A DNA stretch of 64,000 bases from Vulcanimicrobiota bacterium (GTDB taxonomy: Bacteria > Vulcanimicrobiota > Vulcanimicrobiia > Vulcanimicrobiales > Vulcanimicrobiaceae), in the NCBI GenBank assembly GCA_963733295.1, contig CAVTCS010000003.1, positions 1,504,001-1,568,000 on the forward strand. Direction: 5' to 3'. The position numbers and the translations under genes were made by a program. This document shows, piece by piece, positions 56,967 to 64,000 of this stretch. Under the pieces are notes generated by a model. It had not been told where the DNA came from. It was given only the letters and a program-made list of their open reading frames with translations, and did not search any database. The stretch's first letter is position 1. Every line of letters begins with the position of its first letter.

Positions 56967-58727
56967 GTGGCTTACTCGGCGAGCCGGACCCTGCTTCTCA
57001 TGCTCGGCCTGACCCTCTTCCTCGTAGCGACAGCGTCCGCGGCACGCGCCGCCTCGATATTCCGGGTGACATCCGACCGGCTCACGTTCTACAACAATCT
57101 GTACGTCATGACCGGCTACGGAAACGTCCGGATCGATTTACGGAACGGCTCGAAGATCGCGGCCGATTCGTTCGTGATCGATCTGCGCCTAAACCGTTTT
57201 GTCGTCTCCGGAAACGTCCGCATCACCACGTTGCAGAAAACCTATGAGGGCGCCGCGCTTTCAGCCGACCTCGAGAACGGCACCTCGTATTTCGTTTCCC
57301 TCGATGGCACCCCGGAACGTCTGACCTTTCGCGACGATCGTTTCACGAACGCCGAGAGCGGCGGCGAAGCGGCCGCCGACGCATTCGCCTTTCCCGACCT
57401 CAAGAATAGCCCCGCGTCTCTCATCGGAACCAAAGTCACCATCGGCGCGGGAGAATACATCCGTTTCGACGGGTGCCGGACGCAGATCCTCGGAGGCTAC
57501 AAGTACTATTTTCCACTGCCGATCTGCTACATCAACTTCGGCAGCGACCCGAACCTCGCACAGGACGCGCTGAACGGAGCGAGCGTCGGTGCCCAGTACA
57601 AATTTGCCGGAAATGCGAATTCGACGAGCTCCCTCCTGCTCAACTACGACACCGTCAACAAAGTTTATGGCGCGCTCGAGCAGAACCTCAGTTCGCCGAA
57701 CGGCTGGGCAGTCGTAGCGCTCAACTCGAGCAACGATTCGAGAATCATAAGCGGGATCGCCTACGCACAACCTGCCGAAAACCTCGGAGTACGCGCCTCG
57801 AGCCAGCTGCACTTCTTATCGCCGGATGCGACGAACGACCTCAACTGGTTTTCCTACTCCGATGCCGAGGTCACGCAAGGCTTGCCGTATTCGTACTTGC
57901 AGCTGAACTATTCGTTCGCGAACGAAGCCTCGCAAGGCCCGGGGCCGGGCTTCGACATCGGGGCGTACGATCCGACGCATCCCTCCAGCATCCAGCTCGG
58001 GCTGCGCAGCTCGGACTTGCGGCTCGGACCGGCCGCTTTCAACCTCGCCGGCGGCTACGGCCAAACCCACGACCCGTACGGTTTGCAAACCTTCGGCGGA
58101 GTAACCTACACGACGCTCTGGTTCGATTACCTCGATGCGGCGCTGTTTGCGCCGTCGTTGAAATTCGGCAGCCGAAGCGATCCGGGGAATCTCCTGTCCC
58201 TCGATCTGCTGGCGACGGACCAGCGCGAGTGGTATTCCTTGCCGCACTACACGAATTGGACGACGACCTCCGCGACGTTGACGAAATCGTTTTCCGGTAA
58301 AGCGACGCTGAGCTTGGGATACGGCGTCGAGAATGTGGCCGACATCTATCCCGGCGCCCAGCGCCAGGCGTATCCGTCGTTCGCTCCGCCGCAAGGACCG
58401 GGCTATGCGGCCTTCGAGGGCCTCGCGACCTTCCGGACGCTGTCGCTGGGAGCGACCTACACGCCGAGCGCGCGCTTGTCGCTGGCCGCTACGCTTTCAC
58501 AACATACCGATTTCCCGGCACCGATTCCGAACTTCTTCGCGCTGGCGCCGCAGCCCGTGCTGGGAATCAATCCGTATCCGAATTATCTCGGACAACCGCC
58601 CTACCAACTCTACGCCGGCGCGCGGATCCGCATCAACGATCAGCTCTCGCTCGACTTTCAAAACACCTACTTCTTTAACTACCAAGGTGCGGACTGGAGC
58701 GGTCTCATCTTTGCGGTTCGACCGTGA
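56967..58727 (+). CDS. LptD/OstA-like outer-membrane protein
   Basis: Signal peptide, OstA-like N-terminus (SDRLTFY..GNVRI..AD), amphipathic aromatic beta-strand-rich C-terminus; start uncertain. Confidence 0.6.
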   Translation: MAYSASRTLLLMLGLTLFLVATASAARAASIFRVTSDRLTFYNNLYVMTGYGNVRIDLRNGSKIAADSFVIDLRLNRFVVSGNVRITTLQKTYEGAALSADLENGTSYFVSLDGTPERLTFRDDRFTNAESGGEAAADAFAFPDLKNSPASLIGTKVTIGAGEYIRFDGCRTQILGGYKYYFPLPICYINFGSDPNLAQDALNGASVGAQYKFAGNANSTSSLLLNYDTVNKVYGALEQNLSSPNGWAVVALNSSNDSRIISGIAYAQPAENLGVRASSQLHFLSPDATNDLNWFSYSDAEVTQGLPYSYLQLNYSFANEASQGPGPGFDIGAYDPTHPSSIQLGLRSSDLRLGPAAFNLAGGYGQTHDPYGLQTFGGVTYTTLWFDYLDAALFAPSLKFGSRSDPGNLLSLDLLATDQREWYSLPHYTNWTTTSATLTKSFSGKATLSLGYGVENVADIYPGAQRQAYPSFAPPQGPGYAAFEGLATFRTLSLGATYTPSARLSLAATLSQHTDFPAPIPNFFALAPQPVLGINPYPNYLGQPPYQLYAGARIRINDQLSLDFQNTYFFNYQGADWSGLIFAVRP

Positions 58728-59548
58728 ACGCGCGTCTGCGCGTCCCGAGTGCCTGTCTTCTTGCCTTCGCCGTGTGGACGTCGAACGCGCTCGCCGGCGC
58801 CTGGTGCGGACCCGTTTTCGCTGCCACGACGTTGCGCGTCGCCGCTCAACTCCTCGGTTACGAAAAGGGCTACGTCTTGCTGACGACCGGGGAGGCGTTC
58901 AAGGTCGCGCCGGGCATTTCGCTAGTCGACGCCAAAGGCGGAGCCGCGAAGGTCAAGCCGAAGCTCGGCGATTTTGTTCGTTTGACTTTCGACGCGAGCG
59001 GCGCGGTCAGCCAAATCGCGCTGTCCGCCGAGCCGTTTCCGGCAGAAGAGCCGCTTACCGACGTGGAACGCTATTCGATGCTGACGCCCCTCGCGCAGCC
59101 GGCGACACCGTCCCTCACCGAACTGAGGAACGAACGCGTTACCGTCTCGTTTGTCGTGCAAGTGCCTACCACGACGTTGCCGGGCGATCACGTCTACATG
59201 GAAACGAGCGAAACCTCGTGGAATCCACTCGCCGTCCGGCTCGATCGCATCGATTCGCAACACTTCCGCGTCGTGCTCGCCGTGCCGGTCGGGAGCCGCT
59301 TCCGCTATCTGTTCACGCGCGGCAACTCGCAGTCGATCGAGCGCGGAGCGAACGGTCTACAACGTCCGCCCCGCGCGCTTCTCGTGCGCGACCTCGAGAA
59401 TCACGAAGTTTTCGACAAAGTCGAGCATTGGGGCGACGAGGCCGGGAACGCCATCATCGCCAATCCGCAGACGAGCCCGACGCCCTTCAACCCCGCGCCG
59501 TATCCGAATCTCCCTCCGGTCAAGATTAACCCGGCTGCGCCTCGCTGA
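58724..59548 (+). CDS. Secreted protein with C-terminal CBM20-like domain
   Basis: VSFVVQVP..T..GD.VY..WNP..FRYLFTRGN..VEHWGD; GTGA overlap. Confidence 0.65.
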   Translation: MNARLRVPSACLLAFAVWTSNALAGAWCGPVFAATTLRVAAQLLGYEKGYVLLTTGEAFKVAPGISLVDAKGGAAKVKPKLGDFVRLTFDASGAVSQIALSAEPFPAEEPLTDVERYSMLTPLAQPATPSLTELRNERVTVSFVVQVPTTTLPGDHVYMETSETSWNPLAVRLDRIDSQHFRVVLAVPVGSRFRYLFTRGNSQSIERGANGLQRPPRALLVRDLENHEVFDKVEHWGDEAGNAIIANPQTSPTPFNPAPYPNLPPVKINPAAPR

Positions 59549-59563
59549 GCCTCGAGCCGAGAA

Positions 59564-60115
59564 CTACCGGTAGTAGTTTCCGGGTTGAACGTTGATTTGA
59601 GTTGCGTTGATCGCGCCGTTCCCGCCCCGGACGCCCTGTACGTAGATATGCATCCCCGGTTGCAGCTTCGTTCCACTCGGATTGATGACCGTGCCGTCCT
59701 TCAAGAAAATGTTCCGGCCGTCTTCCAGCTTGATGTTCGTCCCATTCACGACGGCGATCGTTCCCGAAGTTTCACGCGAACCGTTCCCGCCGCTCGGAGG
59801 ATATGGCGTCATGCTCTGCACGTCGACGCGCGTCGCGTTGATCGCGCCGTTGCCGCCGTGCACGCCCCAAACGTAGATCTGCATTCCGGGTTTCAGACTG
59901 GTGCCGCTCGGATTGATCGTCGTTCCACTTTTCAAGAAGATGTTCCGACCGTCTTGCAATTTGATATTCGTCCCGTTGACGACCGCGATCGTTCCGGATG
60001 TTTCGCGCGAACCGTTGCTGTTGTAGTTGTAATTGGGTGGATAGTTCTGGGCAAGGGCGCTCGAGGTCGCCGTCGCGATGAGAGCGAGCGTAATAAGAAA
60101 GGCGATCGACTTCAT
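59564..60115 (-). CDS. Secreted protein made of two near-identical OB-fold-like (DUF5666-like) domains
   Basis: SD, signal peptide, internal repeat with 231-nt period. Confidence 0.82.
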   Translation of the reverse strand: MKSIAFLITLALIATATSSALAQNYPPNYNYNSNGSRETSGTIAVVNGTNIKLQDGRNIFLKSGTTINPSGTSLKPGMQIYVWGVHGGNGAINATRVDVQSMTPYPPSGGNGSRETSGTIAVVNGTNIKLEDGRNIFLKDGTVINPSGTKLQPGMHIYVQGVRGGNGAINATQINVQPGNYYR

Positions 60116-60250
60116 GGTTGGTCCTTTCCCTAAAAGGCCGGTGTCTGCAGGCGGTTTTTGCCCGGAACGTCCCGCCGCCTGCGTCCCCGCGCACGCACGC
60201 GAAGGGCGACCGATAGGAAGGCCGGCCCGGCTCGCATTATACAAGGCTCG

Positions 60251-61453
60251 ATGAGTTGGAGTGCGCGGGCCGTCGCGACCAAGCGGCCGCCGCGGCGCGT
60301 TCGCGAGACGATCTCGGCGGCGGAAGCGCGACGGATTGCCCTGGCGGCCCAAGGCTTCGGCGACGCCAGACCGACCGGTCCGGTCGACCTTCGCCACGTG
60401 CGCGCAGTCTTCGATAAGATCGGCGTCGTCCAGATCGACAGCGTCAACGTGCTGGTCCGCTCGCATTATCTTCCGCTGTTCTCGCGACTCGGGCCGTACC
60501 CGCACGCTTTGCTCGAGCGCGCCGCCTACGGCAAACGCCGCGCCCTCTTCGAATACTGGGGACATGAGGCGTCCTTCTTGCCGCTTTCGACGCAGCCGTT
60601 ATTGCGCTGGCGTATGGACGAAGCGAAGCTCGGCTTGGGAACGTGGAAACGCATCGAGCGCATCGCCCACGAGCAACCGAAACTGATCGAGCGCGTGCTC
60701 GAGGTGATTCGGGAACGCGGCCCGATCGCCGCTTCCGATTTCGACGGCGCGCGCGGCACCGGAAGCTGGTGGGGTTGGAGCGATGCGAAAGCGGTCCTCG
60801 AGTACTTGTTTTGGTCGGGCGCGGTCACGACGGCGCACCGGCGCAATTTCGAGCGGCTGTACGATCTTACCGAACGCGTGCTGCCGGTCGAAATCGTCGC
60901 GTTGCCCGCCCCGGCGCGCGCCGACGCGCAACGAAACCTCGTGCGAATCGCTGCGCGCGCGCTGGGGGTTGCGACCGAAGCCGATCTGCGCGACTATTTC
61001 CGGCTCGGAGTAAGCGACGCTCGCGCCCGGGTCGCCGAGTTGGTGGCAGCGGGCGAACTTCTCGCGCTTGCCGTCGAAGGCTGGAAGCAGGCGGCCTACC
61101 TCTGCGCCGGCGCCCGCCTTCCGCGCCGGGTCGACGCGCGCGCTCTGCTCTCGCCGTTCGACTCGCTCGTCTGGTATCGCGCTCGGGCCGAACGGCTTTT
61201 CGACTTTCGCTATCGCATCGAGATCTACGTGCCCGCACATCTGCGAATTCACGGGTACTACGTGCTGCCGTTTCTCTACGGCGATAGGCTGACCGCGAGA
61301 GTCGATCTCAAGTCCGACCGGGCACGCGGTGTCCTCATGGTGCGCAGCGTCCATCACGAGCCGCATGCATCGCGCGAGGCCAAAGCGGCATTGCGCGCGC
61401 AATTGCGCGCGCTAGCGGACTGGCTGGAACTCGAACGCCTGGAGTTTCCCTAG
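60251..61453 (+). CDS. YcaQ/AlkZ (HTH_42) family DNA glycosylase
   Basis: VQIDSVNVL.RSHY..SRLG, FEYWGHEA, LLSPFDSL, YRIEIYVP..R..GYYVLP. Confidence 0.9.
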   Translation: MSWSARAVATKRPPRRVRETISAAEARRIALAAQGFGDARPTGPVDLRHVRAVFDKIGVVQIDSVNVLVRSHYLPLFSRLGPYPHALLERAAYGKRRALFEYWGHEASFLPLSTQPLLRWRMDEAKLGLGTWKRIERIAHEQPKLIERVLEVIRERGPIAASDFDGARGTGSWWGWSDAKAVLEYLFWSGAVTTAHRRNFERLYDLTERVLPVEIVALPAPARADAQRNLVRIAARALGVATEADLRDYFRLGVSDARARVAELVAAGELLALAVEGWKQAAYLCAGARLPRRVDARALLSPFDSLVWYRARAERLFDFRYRIEIYVPAHLRIHGYYVLPFLYGDRLTARVDLKSDRARGVLMVRSVHHEPHASREAKAALRAQLRALADWLELERLEFP

Positions 61454-61463
61454 CGGGTTGCCG

Positions 61464-61922
61464 TTACGGCAGCGGATGCGTGTCCGTAGGATCCTGCGGC
61501 GGCGTCTTGATCGAAAGCAGCTTGAGTTTCCCCGAGTCGACGAGGCCGCCGTGCGCGGTGCCCTTCGGGACGATCAGCAACGTCCCCGGCGAGAGCGCGA
61601 CCTGCTTTTCACCGAGCCACTCCGATCCCGAACCATCCAGCACGACTTGAATCTCGTTCGCGTCGGCGTGATAGTGCTTGAAGACGGTCCCCATTTGAAC
61701 TGCGATCGTCAATCCGTCGGTGACCACCAGCGTTTTCGAGCGCAGGTTAGGCGTCGCCGCGCCGGGCGGCGGCAGGCTCTCGGGGGTAATCGCGGCCAAA
61801 TCGATGACGGTCGGTTGCAGGGGTGCTGCGGCGGCGCGCACCGCAGCCGGACTCCACGCGGCGATAAGGCCCAGTGCGAAGGCGACCGCGGCAATTGCCG
61901 CGGAACTAATGGTCTGTTTCAT
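61464..61922 (-). CDS. Secreted cupin-domain protein
   Basis: HYH...EIQVVLDG..PG...IVPKGTAH. Confidence 0.85.
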   Translation of the reverse strand: MKQTISSAAIAAVAFALGLIAAWSPAAVRAAAAPLQPTVIDLAAITPESLPPPGAATPNLRSKTLVVTDGLTIAVQMGTVFKHYHADANEIQVVLDGSGSEWLGEKQVALSPGTLLIVPKGTAHGGLVDSGKLKLLSIKTPPQDPTDTHPLP

Positions 61923-61983
61923 GGCTCTTGACTACTTCGCGGGAGCCGGTGTCCCTGCGAGGGGTTTCGGAAGCCCTAGTGCG

Positions 61984-62901
61984 CTAGCAGCCCTGGTTGC
62001 TGACGTAGTAGTTGTAGTCGTTCTGACTGGCCACGTTGATGCGCTCGAACGCGCTCACTTCGCCGACGTACTTGAGGTTCGTGCACAGGACGAGAAAGCC
62101 CGTCGCCTGATGATCGTAGACGGGATCGTTCGGATTGTTGTAGACGTTCGATTTCGCGAAGTTCCGGTTCGCCGACACGACGGTCGAGTAATAGTACTGA
62201 ATGCCGTTTTGCGCGATATAGTTGACGCTGCCGGCTCCGATCGCCGTCGTATTTGAGACGGCAACGCTCGAACCGCCGTTGAAGGCCGTACCGTTCTTCT
62301 GATACTGCCCGATCGACGTCGAAGTGACGACCGCGCGAACGCCTTCGAAGTACAGGCCGACGCCCGTTTGAACGCCGTTCGGATCGTAGGTTCCATTCGG
62401 GTCGTGATTCCCGATGCGCGAAATGTTGAAGCCCGAGATCCCCAGGTTCTGCGTTCCGATCGCGAGCACTCCAAATTGATTCGCGTCGACGATCGTGTCG
62501 CGAACGAGAGACGCACCGTTCGCGCTCGAGTCGAGATAGATGCCGATGTCGCAACCAGCGGCGTTGACGGTCGCGTTCGATATCGGCCCGACCACCGCGG
62601 CCGTCAGCGAGACCGTTCCATGTCCCGGAAAATCGATCGTCAGCGGCGTGCAGCTCGGCGACGCCGGCGTCAGCGGTAGGGTTTTCCGGGTTTGCGTGGC
62701 CGCCTCAACAAGATCGGGTCCGAAGACGAACGGCGACGCGACCGCGGGACCTTGCCGGCTCACGACCCAAGCGGGCCGAACGACCTGCGCCGCGGGCGGT
62801 TCGAGGGCGGCCGGCGCCACGGGCGCCGCCGAGTTCGAACATCCGGTAGCGGCAAAACATGCCGCGAGCGCTGCGGCCGAAAGTCCGCGAAAAACCAACA
62901 T
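61984..62901 (-). CDS. Lipoprotein with beta-helix-like repeats
   Basis: GAGGT SD, lipobox ATGC, GCDIGIY, GVQTGVGL, YQKNG, AQNGIQ. Confidence 0.75.
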   Translation of the reverse strand: MLVFRGLSAAALAACFAATGCSNSAAPVAPAALEPPAAQVVRPAWVVSRQGPAVASPFVFGPDLVEAATQTRKTLPLTPASPSCTPLTIDFPGHGTVSLTAAVVGPISNATVNAAGCDIGIYLDSSANGASLVRDTIVDANQFGVLAIGTQNLGISGFNISRIGNHDPNGTYDPNGVQTGVGLYFEGVRAVVTSTSIGQYQKNGTAFNGGSSVAVSNTTAIGAGSVNYIAQNGIQYYYSTVVSANRNFAKSNVYNNPNDPVYDHQATGFLVLCTNLKYVGEVSAFERINVASQNDYNYYVSNQGC

Positions 62902-63075
62902 GGTGCGTACCTCGTCGACGCGTAAGGCGCCAGCGGCGCTCTTGACGGTTATCGGCAACGCCCGATGGCGCATGAACGGCCCGAGGCGCTGTGCCTTTTG
63001 TCGCACGCTGTTCGCACACTGTTTTGGTAAGCCGGCTCGCAACCCGTGGGCCCCCGCGATGGTATCTTCTATAAG

Positions 63076-63738
63076 ATGAAGAGCAAGAATCGCCTCAGCT
63101 CCGCCGTTACCGCACTCTTGAGCCTCGCTTTGCTCGGCGGAACGATCGGAGCCGGCTTCCCTGACCCGCCCGCCAGTCCGGCCGAAAGCGGGACTTCGAG
63201 CGAACAGGTCGTTCTCGCGGGTGGCTGCTTTTGGGGCATGGAGGCGGTCTTCGAACAGCTCAAGGGCGTCTCGCGCGTCGTCTCCGGCTACGCCGGCGGC
63301 TCCGCCGCGACCGCGCACTACGAGATGGTGAGCACCGGAACGACGGGGCACGCCGAATCGGTCGAGATCACCTACGACCCTCACCAGATCTCATTCGGAG
63401 CGATCCTCAAGGTCTATTTCGCGGTCGCACACGATCCGACCGAACTGAACCGGCAAGGTCCCGACTCGGGATCGCAATACCGCTCGTCGATCTTCTATAC
63501 GAGCGCCGCACAGCAGCAGCTCGCCGAAGCGTACATCAAGAAACTCGAGGTAGCCAAGGTGTTCGCAGATCCTATCGTTACGACGGTCGTTCCCCTCAAG
63601 GGATTCTATGCCGCGGAAGATTACCACCAGCATTTCGTCGCGCGCAACCCCTACTATCCGTACGTCGTATTTAACGACAAGCCAAAACTGAAAGCCCTGC
63701 GCGAAGAGTTTCCGCAGTTGGTCGTCGCGTCTCGCTGA
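63076..63738 (+). CDS. msrA: Peptide methionine sulfoxide reductase A with signal peptide
   Basis: AGGCFWG, GHAESV, HDPT..RQG.D.G.QYRS, AEDYHQ. Confidence 0.96.
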   Translation: MKSKNRLSSAVTALLSLALLGGTIGAGFPDPPASPAESGTSSEQVVLAGGCFWGMEAVFEQLKGVSRVVSGYAGGSAATAHYEMVSTGTTGHAESVEITYDPHQISFGAILKVYFAVAHDPTELNRQGPDSGSQYRSSIFYTSAAQQQLAEAYIKKLEVAKVFADPIVTTVVPLKGFYAAEDYHQHFVARNPYYPYVVFNDKPKLKALREEFPQLVVASR

Positions 63739-63745
63739 TACCGCA

Positions 63746-64000
63746 TTAGGGTCTTGCTTCGTTCTCCGGAGCGAACTGCAGCGCGAGCGAGTTGATGCAG
63801 TAGCGCTGCCCGGTCGGAGCCGGACCGTCGTCGAAGACGTGTCCGAGATGCGAGCCGCAGCGCGCGCAGCGCACCTCGGTGCGCGACCTATCGAGCGAGC
63901 GATCTTCGACTAGCTCGACCGTTCCGGCCGCGATCGGCGCGGTGAAGCTCGGCCAACCGCTGCCGCTATCGAATTTTTCATTCGACTTGAAGAGCTCGGC
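63746..64000 (-). CDS. msrB: Peptide methionine sulfoxide reductase B, 3' part (truncated by window)
   Basis: [42 protein letters not shown]. Confidence 0.96.
   Translation of the reverse strand, partial: AELFKSNEKFDSGSGWPSFTAPIAAGTVELVEDRSLDRSRTEVRCARCGSHLGHVFDDGPAPTGQRYCINSLALQFAPENEARP

Overview
This is a GC-rich bacterial chromosome segment. Its gene repertoire (futalosine-pathway mqnA, an LptD-like gene, many Pro/Ser/Thr-linker lipoproteins, an S53 protease, a class III cyclase-STAND regulator) resembles Eremiobacterota (WPS-2), but that placement is inference only. 1-14.5 kb is a minus-strand core block: ribD/ribE, DUF427, comF, a vapBC-type TA module, two NDP-sugar synthases, a TagA/WecG glycosyltransferase, dapB-asd-lysC-dapA, pcrA, and a GT4 with a frameshifted partner. 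At 14.6-15.4 kb an HNH endonuclease gene, preceded by a LexA-type box, runs into a tRNA-Gln(CTG)/tRNA-Glu(CTC) pair. 15.4-43.9 kb is an accessory-looking mosaic rich in secreted proteins. It holds a methyltransferase-TetR-hydrolase/glycosyltransferase operon and the best novelty candidate: an 86-aa peptide with a LigA/borosin-binding-domain-like leader, coupled to a cyclase-STAND-TPR regulator and convergent with a B12-dependent radical SAM enzyme (a putative new RiPP system). 44-64 kb holds Liv- and Opp-type ABC transporters, mqnA, LptD-like and CBM20-like genes, a YcaQ-family glycosylase, msrA and partial msrB. Several single-base frameshifts suggest some assembly indel noise. All family calls are by eye from motifs; no searches were run.
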